From the IMG/VR virus record IMGVR_UViG_3300047160_007019, positions 1 to 64,000 of that record: DNA of 64,000 nucleotides; one strand, 5' to 3'. Shown piece after piece: positions 55,581 to 64,000 of this stretch; the first letter of the stretch is position 1, and the number at the start of each line of letters is the position of its first letter. The position numbers and the translations under genes are program-made. The notes under the pieces were generated by a model that was not told where the DNA came from, did not search any database, and saw only the letters and a program-made list of their open reading frames with translations. The DNA comes from a virus. Lineage: Duplodnaviria > Caudoviricetes.

Positions 55581-56077
55581 CGTTCCGCCTGCAGTATGGC
55601 ATGGGAGAAAGCCTCTCCTTGGCGCGCTGCGTTGCCTCTGAACAGGTCGAAAAAGGATTTGGTGTCGCTGGCGCTGCGCATACTCAAACAGATGCGAGGC
55701 TTAGAGGAGCCGATGGCGCTCCGACCAGTGACCAACATTTCGATGGCGGAGCGCGTTACTGCTTGGTTCAGAAAAGATGATTCAGTTGGCCAACGCGACT
55801 CCGACACTAGAACGAAGCCGCCTCTCCGATACAGCAAATACACCACGTGCTGATTCAATTCCAAGACGCACAGCGGTTCCATGGCATGGTCGTACAGCAC
55901 GACGCGGACCTCACTGCCGCATCTGGCGCGCTCACACTTTTGTTCTGCATGCTGCTTCGCAGCCTCGTTGACTTCGGCTGGTCCTGGTACTTGACTGGCA
56001 GCAAGGCGGGTCAGGTAGTCATCGACCAATTCCTGAGTTGGCAACGCCGCATTGGGGTTTACAGGCAATGTTCTCAT
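55574..56077 (-). CDS. hypothetical protein
   Basis: coupled ORF. Confidence 0.55.
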   Translation of the reverse strand: MRTLPVNPNAALPTQELVDDYLTRLAASQVPGPAEVNEAAKQHAEQKCERARCGSEVRVVLYDHAMEPLCVLELNQHVVYLLYRRGGFVLVSESRWPTESSFLNQAVTRSAIEMLVTGRSAIGSSKPRICLSMRSASDTKSFFDLFRGNAARQGEAFSHAILQAERW

Positions 56078-56754
56078 TCCGGCGCCTCGATCATAGGCCG
56101 GTCCAGACGCGACTCAGGCAGGGCCTCTTGGCGCGGTTGCGGTGGAGGATCGAAGTCCTCACCCAGTAGCGGCTTTCGCTTTGGCTCGGCATCAAGCGCC
56201 TGCTGCATTGCTTCGACAAACTCCACACCTGCAGGCGCATAAGGCTCTGTACCGCCCAGCAGATCGATTGGACGCGGCTGCTCGTCGCTGAGGATGTGCT
56301 GGCGTACTTCGACCACGATGCGGCCAGGTGGCGAGGACAGGCATGCGCGCACAAGTTCCAGATGCCAGATGTCCGAGTCGTCACGGAGCATTCCGGCTTT
56401 GACGATCGAGTCTTCCAACGCCTTCGTCAGATTCGACAGGTCCCTGGTCCGACGGTCTGGTGGATAGCAGATGAGTTTGACGTACAGCGGCATGCCGGAT
56501 GGGAGAGGCTTTGCGCGCTGCTTCTGCAGAACCCTGGCCACGTCCTCGGCGTACTGCCGGCCGCGCTTGCTGATGAGGCTGCGGGCTTGTCCCTTGATGA
56601 CGATGTGGCGCCAGTACGTGTTTGCCGTCGGACTCCACGGCAGCGTCCAACAAGCTAGCAGCGAGTCTTGGCTACTCCGCTCTATCTCGTTGAGGATGTC
56701 GGCGGCGTCGGTCCAACCCTGGTCTAGCAAGTGCTGGAGTGTGACGCTGTTCAC
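56074..56754 (-). CDS. rusA: RusA-family Holliday junction resolvase
   Basis: LPWSPTANTYWR...PPDRRTRDLSNLTKALEDS.VKAG.LRDDSDI. Confidence 0.9.
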   Translation of the reverse strand: MNSVTLQHLLDQGWTDAADILNEIERSSQDSLLACWTLPWSPTANTYWRHIVIKGQARSLISKRGRQYAEDVARVLQKQRAKPLPSGMPLYVKLICYPPDRRTRDLSNLTKALEDSIVKAGMLRDDSDIWHLELVRACLSSPPGRIVVEVRQHILSDEQPRPIDLLGGTEPYAPAGVEFVEAMQQALDAEPKRKPLLGEDFDPPPQPRQEALPESRLDRPMIEAPE

Positions 56755-57005
56755 CAATCCAACTCCGCCGGCTCGCGGGCTTCCCATTCCCCATCGCCAG
56801 AGCGAACGTAATACGTATCACGATTCTCTCCGGAGAAAGTCCATATCGCCGTCACCTCCGGATGAAGCCGCTTGGCCATTTTAATGGCCCCTCTCATGTC
56901 GCAGCAGTTTCCGGGCATCAGGTGAAGGGCTAGGACGCCCGGCATGATGACTTCCCAGGAAACCCAGTGGCATTTGAGGACGGGGCAGTATAGGCCTATG
57001 GCCAC
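56751..57005 (-). CDS. hypothetical protein
   Basis: CCDMRGAIKMA motif. Confidence 0.5.
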   Translation of the reverse strand: MAIGLYCPVLKCHWVSWEVIMPGVLALHLMPGNCCDMRGAIKMAKRLHPEVTAIWTFSGENRDTYYVRSGDGEWEAREPAELDW

Positions 57006-57667
57006 GGCAATTGCGCCTTCTGGACCGTCTCGAACATGCGCGCGGCGTAGTAGTCCCAGTCCGCTTCGAGCATGCGCTCGGTGCGCTCGTCGCCCATCAT
57101 GCCGGCGAAGAACTGGAGCCAGGCCGAGAAGGTTTCGATGCCGAGCTTGGGGCGCTGCGGCGGCAGCACGCGGCTCAGGTCCAGGGGCTGGATCGGGCCG
57201 GGCCGGTTGGCGGTCTGCGCGCTCACCAGGAACCTCCCTGGCGCTCCCGGATCGGCGAAACCAGAGCTTCCAGCGCAGCTTCGAAACCTGGGTCTACCCT
57301 GCCGTCGGATCGAGCCTTGAGGGGCTTCGGAACCGACGTGAAAAACTTGTCCATCGGCCTGCTGCCGGGGAGTCGGTCCTGGCGTTGCTCGCGCTGGTCG
57401 GATGGTTCCAGACCGCTGGCTCTTTCGCCCGTCATCGTTGCGCTTCCCCCACGGTGCGCCTGGTGCTTCGCGGCTTCCGGCCCACTGCCGTCCGGGGCGT
57501 GAGGGCCTGCCGCCTGTTGCTCGGCTCGGGACCCCTTGCGCCTGCCAGCTCCCCCGCCAGGGAACCTCCAGCGCTCGGGTTGTTCGAGCGGGGGTAACGG
57601 GCTTCCGTGCCACAGCACCCCATGGCGGAGCACACTACCCCAACCGAAACCGGATTGCAACTGCCGG

Positions 57668-59062
57668 TCACGTCGGGTAGTCCCGGTAGGCGTCGATCTG
57701 CGACTGGTCGACCCGCTGCTCGAAGCGCTGGATGTTTCCGCGGAACAGCAGCCGCTCGGACATCCAGCCGCGGCGGCCGTAACGGTTTTTCAGCAGGCCG
57801 ACCTCAAGCTCCAACTCGTTTGCGCTTTCGTCGTCGGGCTCGGTGACCGGGTGCAACGCGATGCAGGTCGACAGGTCCTGCTCGATGTTCCCGCTCTCGC
57901 GCAGGTCGGTCAGGCCAGGGCGTCGCCCCGTAGCACCGCGGCCCAGCTGCGCGAGAGCGATGATCGGGATTCCAAGTTCCTCCGCGGTCTGCTTGAGCGT
58001 GCGCGTCACTTCGCCAACAGCTTCGTATCGTTTCGCTCCGTTGCGAAGGGAAACGTTCACCAGCAGGATGTGATCCACCACGGCGAATGCGATGTGTTCT
58101 GCCCTCGCGTAGCGAGTGATTTTCGCGCGGATTTTGCCGAGGTCGAACGTGCGTGAATCAACCCACAGCGGCAGGCTCGTGAGGTCGTGCCTGACGACTG
58201 CTTCGCTCGCAAACTGCACGGCCTGGTCGTAGCCGCCACGCATCGCCGTGAGGTTCACTCCGCCTACGCTGGCGATGCCGCGCAACGCTACGGCGATGGG
58301 GTTTTCCTCCAGCGTCAGGAACAATCCGCGATGGCCCATCTTCGCCGCGTGCAGGCTGACTTGCACCGCGAACGCCGTCTTGCCAACCGACGTTCGAGCC
58401 GCAACGCCGATCAGCTCGCCAGCGCGCATGCCTCCGGTCGCACGGTCCAGTACCGGGATGCCGTAGGGCACGCCTGGCGGTCTGCCGGCAGCGCGTTCGG
58501 CACGACTGCGCTCGATGTCCTCCAGCGCTGCGACCGTGGCTTGGCCGAACGTCACCGCGTCCGCGACACCACGGCTGCGCAGCTTCGCCAACTCCGCGTC
58601 CGCTTCGCGCAGCAGGTCCGCAACGTCCCGACCGCCGGAGTGATACCCGAGCTCGGCGATGTCCTGGCCCAGCGCGATCAGCGCGCGCAGACCGGAGTGC
58701 TGGCGGACAATCTCGGCGTAGCCCATCACGTTCGCGGCGCTCGGGGTTTCGGTGGCTAACCCGAGCACGTAGGCGTAGCCGCCAGCCTCATCCAGTTTGC
58801 CATGCTGTCGCAGATGTTCCTGCAGCGTGAGTTGGTCGACGGTCTTGCGAGCCGTTGCCAGTTCGCTCAACGCACGCCAGACAGCGCGGTGCTCGTGGGT
58901 ATAAAAATCTTCCTCGCACACCAGCCCGGAAATTTCCGCCCACTGCCGAGCGCCGGTGATAATCAAACCACCGAGTACCGATTGCTCCGCCTCGGTCGAG
59001 TGCGGCGGATGCTTGGGACTTGGTGCGAGCTTGCCCGGCCTGGTGTCACCGAGCGGCGTCAC
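57668..59062 (-). CDS. dnaB: replicative DNA helicase DnaB-like
   Basis: PPHSTEAEQSVLGG; AARTSVGKT; VVDHI; LAQLGR; LRESGNIEQD; KNRYG. Confidence 0.95.
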   Translation of the reverse strand: MTPLGDTRPGKLAPSPKHPPHSTEAEQSVLGGLIITGARQWAEISGLVCEEDFYTHEHRAVWRALSELATARKTVDQLTLQEHLRQHGKLDEAGGYAYVLGLATETPSAANVMGYAEIVRQHSGLRALIALGQDIAELGYHSGGRDVADLLREADAELAKLRSRGVADAVTFGQATVAALEDIERSRAERAAGRPPGVPYGIPVLDRATGGMRAGELIGVAARTSVGKTAFAVQVSLHAAKMGHRGLFLTLEENPIAVALRGIASVGGVNLTAMRGGYDQAVQFASEAVVRHDLTSLPLWVDSRTFDLGKIRAKITRYARAEHIAFAVVDHILLVNVSLRNGAKRYEAVGEVTRTLKQTAEELGIPIIALAQLGRGATGRRPGLTDLRESGNIEQDLSTCIALHPVTEPDDESANELELEVGLLKNRYGRRGWMSERLLFRGNIQRFEQRVDQSQIDAYRDYPT

Positions 59063-60090
59063 ATGCCGTCCTCGGCCAACTGTTCCTCCAGCGACTTCGG
59101 CTTGCGAGCCAGTGGTGCGGGAGCGCGAGCTGGGCCAGCCGAGCCGTTACCGCTGCGCCGTTCCAGCGTCGTGCGAATCCAGTTCCGCCAGGTCGCAAGC
59201 CAGTCGGCCTTGCGTGCCTTGGCCGTGGGTGCCGCAACCCAGTAATCTCGAAACCGCTCGGCCTCGCGCTTGGCGTCGTCGTCCGCCATCCCGAGTTTCA
59301 CGGCCTCGGCCAGCCATTCCGGGCTGAGCTTCCAGTCGTCCGGCAGCCGGGAACCTTTCGGGTCCGGCTTGGGCGGTTCGAGCAGTTCGGCCTGGGGTGG
59401 TGCAGCGGTAGCTCCGGGTGGTCGACGTCGGCCGGTTGGGGGTTGGGAAACTCTCTCCCCCACACCCCCTCTCTCGTACTCGGAAAAAGCTTGAAGGGGG
59501 GGTAAAGCTTCTTCTTTTTGTTCTTGCTTATGCTTATGCTTATGCTCTTGCTCTTGGTTTGGCAGTCTGGTATCCAAACCCTTCTCAGACGGTTTCCGGA
59601 CCCATATATCGAACTGTTCCAGGAACCGTGGTCCCAACTGTTCAACATGAGTTCTAAGTGCTTGCCAAGCTTGAACTTTTAGAATGCACTCCGGAATTTC
59701 CTCCCAATGGAAGCGCCAACCTGTCACAACATTTTGGTTTTCGGGGCGGTTGTAACGAAAACCTTGTGGTAACCAGACCAATCCGACGGTCCAATCCGCG
59801 TTCGCCATACCCATGTCGAACAGTTCCTGGAACGATTCCCGGAATCCTTCTATAGACCATTCCAGGGACTCTGCAAAATCACGTTCACGGCCGATCACCA
59901 ATCCAGGCACAGATGATCTGCGGGGACAGGTTAGCAGGTACTGCCAAAGAGACTGCCCGTTGGGTTGTGGCTTGCTCAGAGCCTGGAACCCGGCGTCGGT
60001 CCACATGCGGTAGTAGACCTTGCCGTAGCGGCCTAGAGAGTCGCGGGGAGGGTTCTTCTGCTTGTCCTGATCCTTCGGCTTTCTAGCCAT
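59059..60090 (-). CDS. phage replication initiator (C-terminal DnaT-like domain)
   Basis: MWTDAGFQALS; KGSRLPDDW...FRDYW....KADWLATWRNWIR; upstream of dnaB. Confidence 0.8.
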   Translation of the reverse strand: MARKPKDQDKQKNPPRDSLGRYGKVYYRMWTDAGFQALSKPQPNGQSLWQYLLTCPRRSSVPGLVIGRERDFAESLEWSIEGFRESFQELFDMGMANADWTVGLVWLPQGFRYNRPENQNVVTGWRFHWEEIPECILKVQAWQALRTHVEQLGPRFLEQFDIWVRKPSEKGLDTRLPNQEQEHKHKHKQEQKEEALPPLQAFSEYERGGVGERVSQPPTGRRRPPGATAAPPQAELLEPPKPDPKGSRLPDDWKLSPEWLAEAVKLGMADDDAKREAERFRDYWVAAPTAKARKADWLATWRNWIRTTLERRSGNGSAGPARAPAPLARKPKSLEEQLAEDGM

Positions 60091-60325
60091 TGGCGTTCTC
60101 CGCCGGTTGTCCGCCGCGGGCAATCCTGAGTCGCTGTGTCTCGTAGGCGTCGGCTACTTCAGGATCGCGGAGGTTTTTCAGCTCGACGGCGATTTGCCAT
60201 AGGCGCACGGCCTTGTCGTCATCGGTACCGGCTGCGCCGTAGGCCAGGGCGGCTGCCATGACGGCACCACGGGCGCTTTCGAGACGGGATTGGCGAAGAT
60301 TCAGGTTGAAACGAAGTAGTGCCAC
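60083..60325 (-). CDS. hypothetical protein (CII-position)
   Basis: GAGAGG SD; position only. Confidence 0.5.
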   Translation of the reverse strand: MALLRFNLNLRQSRLESARGAVMAAALAYGAAGTDDDKAVRLWQIAVELKNLRDPEVADAYETQRLRIARGGQPAENANG

Positions 60326-60577
60326 GTTGGCTTACCTCTCAGACAGGTTGATGGGGCTTTCTCGGCCGCTTTGGGCGCGTCTGAGACGCCTACTCACACT
60401 TTCAGGGCATGCCTGCCCACCGCGAAGCTGGAAGGAACTATGCGCCGCCTGGCTTGCGCTGGTCAAGCCGCTGAACCTTATGCGGGGTCCAACCCCAAAG
60501 GGCACAGGGGCCGTGGCGCTGGGCGTGCAGGACGCACTGGTAGGGCGCCCATTGCCGACCTTCCGGACATGGTGCGG

Positions 60578-60652
60578 AATATGCGCCGTCCGACGAGTGG
60601 CAGTCAATAGTGCGTTGCGGAATTTGACAACGGCGGTGATGGGCTTTAATGT
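60578..60652. promoter_or_regulatory. back-to-back divergent sigma70-type promoters
   Basis: plus: TTGACA(60624)-17-TAATGT; minus: TTGACT(60607)-18-CATATT; gene strand switches here. Confidence 0.6.
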
Positions 60653-60717
60653 GGAGTCGTTGCAACTTCTAGCAACACCCAGCGCCTCGTGGGTCTGAAC
60701 TGTGGGCGGAGAACCAA

Positions 60718-60900
60718 ATGAACAAAGCCGTCTTCTGGTACCGCGAATACGTCGCCTGTGTCCGCCGCGCCAATACCGAGCGCAACGCGTTCGGAAAATC
60801 GCAGAACTCCATCTATCTGCGCAACTTGCGCGATTCTGCCAAGCGTGCGCGGCAGGCGTGGCTCAGTGCTGCGCTCCACGAGCGTCTCAACGTCGCCTAG
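60718..60900 (+). CDS. small early protein
   Basis: GGAG SD; first ORF after rightward promoter. Confidence 0.55.
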   Translation: MNKAVFWYREYVACVRRANTERNAFGKSQNSIYLRNLRDSAKRARQAWLSAALHERLNVA

Positions 60901-60917
60901 AACAGGAGGGTTTGAAC

Positions 60918-61256
60918 ATGAGCGAGACGAAACACACGCCGGGGCCATGGAAGGCTGGCCGCTTCAATACCAATCCGGCAGCACCGATCCAGATTTACGG
61001 CCCTGACCGTGACCCGATTGTCACCACTGCGCACTGCTACGGCGATCACGATGCTAACGCCGCCTTCATCGTCCGCGCCTGCAACAGCCACGATGCGCTG
61101 GTGGCGGCGCTGGAGCACATCGTAGAGTCAATCGAGGATGCCAAGCATGTCCTCGGCAGCGACAGCCGCGAAGGCCGCACGCTGGACGCGATCATGTCCT
61201 GCGGCGCGATGATCGAAGTCCGCGCCGCCCTCAAGCTGGCGCGCGGGGAGGGATAA
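60918..61256 (+). CDS. phage protein with KHTPGPW...DANAAFIVRACN motif
   Basis: AGGAGG SD; common phage motif. Confidence 0.75.
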   Translation: MSETKHTPGPWKAGRFNTNPAAPIQIYGPDRDPIVTTAHCYGDHDANAAFIVRACNSHDALVAALEHIVESIEDAKHVLGSDSREGRTLDAIMSCGAMIEVRAALKLARGEG

Positions 61257-61546
61257 GGGATGCGTTCCACACAACCCAGTGTCCGCAATCCAATGCTCGC
61301 GGTGCCCGAGGTCCGGGCGCACCGCGCTCAATCCGATTGAGCAGCAAGCGGCGCGGATGGGTGCGATGGCTTTGAAGCGCTGCCGCACCGAGAACCTGGA
61401 GAGGCTGGCCCAGCGCTACAGCGATCAGTTGGAGTACCAGAACATCATGGCGGACCCGGAGCTGAACGCGCCATGAACTTCATCGGCATCATCCGCATGT
61501 TGCAAAGCAGTACCATTTCCCACAACACAGATTAGAGGAGTTACTA

Positions 61547-62263
61547 ATGCAAACATGGGTCACAGATTCAAATGGTAATCGCTGCAGTATCGAGTATTTC
61601 GGCACCGAGGAATCAGCCCAGAAAGCGCTGGATAGCTTGGAGAACTGCAAAGATTGCATCAATTGCTCGGACTGCTCGGACTGCTCGGACTGCTCGGGCT
61701 GCTCGGACTGCTCGCGCTGCTCGGGCTGCTCGGACTGCTCGGACTGCTCGGACTGCTCGGACTGCTCGGACTGCTCGGACTGCTCGGACTGCTCGGACTG
61801 CTCGCGCTGCTCGGGCTGCTCGCGCTGCTCGGGCTGCTCGGGCTGCTCGGGCTGCTCGGACTGCTCGGGCTGCTCGGGCTGCACGGGCTGCTCGGGCTGC
61901 TCCAATGTGGCCAATCTCTACAATAAGAAAAACCTGAAAGGCGATCCGGACAGCGAGTGGACTGGTGCACCGCCCATCCCGATCATTCCCAACATCCACA
62001 ATGTTATCTACGAGGCCGTCACGCAGCCTAACGCACTCGACATGCGGCAATGGCATTCGTGCGACACCACGCACTGCCGCGGCGGCTGGGTCGTAGCCAA
62101 GGCTGGAGACGCTGGCCGTGCTCTGGAGCGCTTCCACAACACATCCCTGGCGGCGCAGTTGATATACGAAGCCAGCGGTTACAAGATCAATCCTTGCCGT
62201 TTCTACGATTCCAACGAGGATGCACTGGCAGACATGAAGCGTTTGGCTGAAGGTGGCGCGTGA
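61547..62263 (+). CDS. Cys-x-x repeat protein with C-terminal TTHCRGGW domain
   Basis: GAGGAG SD; about 29 C-x-x triplets. Confidence 0.8.
   Translation: MQTWVTDSNGNRCSIEYFGTEESAQKALDSLENCKDCINCSDCSDCSDCSGCSDCSRCSGCSDCSDCSDCSDCSDCSDCSDCSDCSRCSGCSRCSGCSGCSGCSDCSGCSGCTGCSGCSNVANLYNKKNLKGDPDSEWTGAPPIPIIPNIHNVIYEAVTQPNALDMRQWHSCDTTHCRGGWVVAKAGDAGRALERFHNTSLAAQLIYEASGYKINPCRFYDSNEDALADMKRLAEGGA
61663..61903 (+). repeat. in-frame 9-nt tandem repeat (C)TGCTCG(GA/GG/CG)
   Basis: about 27 units visible. Confidence 0.95.
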
Positions 62264-62469
62264 TGCGCAGACAGAGCATAAACAGGCCCGTCATTGGATC
62301 GCAGTACGTCGCGCCAGAAGCCCAAGTGGTATCTCTGGTGCTGCGCAATCGCAGCAGCGGAACACATTACCTGCATCCGCGCGTCCAGGACTTCACCACG
62401 GCCCAGCGCCAGGTAGCGCGGGAGCGCGGCATCCAGGCGTTGATCCGGCGCGTGGCGGGTGCGCCGTGA
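62260..62469 (+). CDS. hypothetical protein
   Basis: coupled ORF. Confidence 0.5.
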   Translation: MMRRQSINRPVIGSQYVAPEAQVVSLVLRNRSSGTHYLHPRVQDFTTAQRQVARERGIQALIRRVAGAP

Positions 62470-62741
62470 AACTGTGGGTGGAGGACTTCACCAGCGCCGC
62501 CCTGGCACACGCCGTCGGCGCAACGCTGAATGACCACTTTCCGGAACTAGTGCCTTGCGTGGTCGGCATCGTGCCGATCCCGCACTTGCGTGTCGTGCAA
62601 GTGGTGTTTCGGGTGCCGGATGAGCTCTACGCGAAGCTCAAACAGATGCGCAACCAGGGTGGCAGGCTGCAGGACGCGCATGGCGTGAGCCTGAGCGGTG
62701 GCGCCGACGGGACGGCTTTTTCGTTGGACACAAAGCCGTGA
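62466..62741 (+). CDS. hypothetical protein (GTG start VKLWVEDF)
   Basis: GTGA overlaps at both ends. Confidence 0.5.
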   Translation: MKLWVEDFTSAALAHAVGATLNDHFPELVPCVVGIVPIPHLRVVQVVFRVPDELYAKLKQMRNQGGRLQDAHGVSLSGGADGTAFSLDTKP

Positions 62742-62971
62742 GAAACCACGGCAACCGTCCCAGCACGGTGTTCTACACCTTGAATCGTCGCTTCCGGGTG
62801 GTGCGCCGGTTTGGCACCTACCAAGTACAGAGAAAGCGCAAGGTCGATCAGGGCAACAACCTCTGGCAGCCAGTGCACTCCTACCTTGGCAGCACTCTGG
62901 CGGACGCTACCAAGTTTTGCGGAGAGCTGGGACTACCTTACGTTTTCAATCCGGAGATTGGCTGGCAGTGA
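62738..62971 (+). CDS. hypothetical protein
   Basis: coupled ORF. Confidence 0.5.
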   Translation: MRNHGNRPSTVFYTLNRRFRVVRRFGTYQVQRKRKVDQGNNLWQPVHSYLGSTLADATKFCGELGLPYVFNPEIGWQ

Positions 62972-63222
62972 GACGAGCGCGATATGACCAGAGAAAGGAT
63001 GTGCGAATCTACTGCGCCCGCGGCTCCAAGCTCCCGCAAGCCAAGTTATCGGAAGACACTGCCAAGCAAATCCTCCTGCGTTACAAGCCGTTTTGCCGGG
63101 TCAACGGAGGGGCTGCTTTGGCAAAAGAATTCGGTGTTCATCCAAACACCATCATCAAACTCACACAGAGGGAATCATGGGCGCACGTAAACGTCCACCA
63201 CAGCCGCAATCAAACGAAATAG
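62968..63222 (+). CDS. stand-alone HTH domain like the C-terminus of HNH homing endonucleases
   Basis: RGSKLPQAKLSE...LAKEFGVHPNTIIKL...SWAHV. Confidence 0.6.
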   Translation: MRRARYDQRKDVRIYCARGSKLPQAKLSEDTAKQILLRYKPFCRVNGGAALAKEFGVHPNTIIKLTQRESWAHVNVHHSRNQTK

Positions 63223-64000
63223 GCTACGAAGCGTTCCTCGCCTCCAAAGCTCAGCAGAACGCAGGCTCCGGTTTCGAGCCGATCTGGCTGCCCGACTTTC
63301 TGTTCGACTTCCAGAGGCACTTGGTCGACTACGCGATTCGCCAGGGTCGTGCTGCGATCTTCGCTGACTGCGGCTTGGGTAAGACTCCCATGGCGCTGGT
63401 CTGGGCGGAGAACGTCGTCCGCAAAACGAACAAACCCGTTCTGTTGTTGACGCCGCTAGCCGTAGGCCCGCAGATGCTGCGTAAGGCCGAATTCTTCGGC
63501 GTTGATGCCGCGCGCTCGCGCGACGGATCGTTCACTGGTAAACGAGTCATCATCACAAATTACCAGCAACTCCATCGCTTCAACCCGGATGACTTCGGGG
63601 GAGCTGTAGGCGACGAGTCCAGCTGCATCAAGGATTTTGAGGCACGCACTACTGCAGGCGTCAAGGAATTCCTGCGGCGGCTGCCGTATCGCTTGCTGGA
63701 TACCGCCACCGCAGCACCGAATGATTACACCGAACTTGGCACGACCAGCGAAGCTTTGGGCTATCTCGGGCACATGGACATGCTGTCTCAGTTCTTTAAG
63801 AACGATCAGGGAAACAGCATCAAAGCCATGCGCAGCCGCAGGTTCGAGCTGGGCGCTGGCCGAGATGAAGTTTCAAAATGGCGCTTCAAAGGCCACGCCG
63901 AGATCCCGTTCTGGCGGTGGGTATGCAGTTGGGCCCGTGCGATGCGCCGGCCATCTGACCTTGGTTTCAGCGACGAACGATTCAAGTTGCCAGAGCTGAT
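63177..64000 (+). CDS. superfamily 2 (SNF2-like) helicase, runs off window end
   Basis: LFDFQRHLV; AAIFADCGLGKT; ITNYQQL; GDESSCIK; TATAAPNDYTELGT; absent from ORF track because it has no stop in the window. Confidence 0.9.
   Translation, partial: MGARKRPPQPQSNEIGYEAFLASKAQQNAGSGFEPIWLPDFLFDFQRHLVDYAIRQGRAAIFADCGLGKTPMALVWAENVVRKTNKPVLLLTPLAVGPQMLRKAEFFGVDAARSRDGSFTGKRVIITNYQQLHRFNPDDFGGAVGDESSCIKDFEARTTAGVKEFLRRLPYRLLDTATAAPNDYTELGTTSEALGYLGHMDMLSQFFKNDQGNSIKAMRSRRFELGAGRDEVSKWRFKGHAEIPFWRWVCSWARAMRRPSDLGFSDERFKLPEL

Noticed and set aside
61663-61903. Possible CRISPR array
   Set aside because: Head-to-tail 9-mers with no spacers, lying in frame in a CDS; no cas genes in the window
61489-62137. 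Alternative-frame and antisense ORFs over the 9-nt repeat (ARTART, LLGLLG, EQSEQP, SPSSPS)
   Set aside because: Frame artefacts of the repeat; only the Cys frame has an SD and flanking domains

Overview
The window is most of a GC-rich proteobacterial tailed-phage genome. It combines a lambdoid-type replication/late-control region (replication initiator, DnaB, RusA, Q-like regulator; 54.5-60.3 kb) with a podovirus-type virion module on the minus strand: terminase, portal, scaffold, capsid, adaptor/nozzle, FN3/LamG and spike proteins, lysis genes, ejection proteins, and a 1942-aa JAB + metallopeptidase polyvalent protein. Plus-strand early-type genes occupy both window ends, so the unseen part of the genome probably joins 64000 back to 1 (inference). 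Highlights read directly from the sequence: (1) The major capsid gene is split by two tandem group I introns separated by a 9-nt micro-exon; intron 2 carries an HNH endonuclease. (2) A 37-gene tRNA array (48736-51807) covers all 20 amino acids (counting the CAU tRNA as Met) and sits right behind a lambda pR'/tR'-like promoter-terminator. It contains non-canonical tRNAs: four Leu tRNAs without a variable arm, an 8/4 Sec-like Ser tRNA, an Ile(UAU) tRNA whose extra arm nearly copies an Ile(GAU) anticodon arm, and odd Tyr and His tRNAs. It is followed by an HNH gene and flanked by two unexplained structured-RNA candidates. (3) An Acb2 anti-CBASS sponge gene. (4) Probable small basic genes overprinted inside a giant ejection-protein gene. 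(5) A truncated IS1595 transposase next to a decapitated tRNA. Family names come from motif recognition by eye; no database searches were run.
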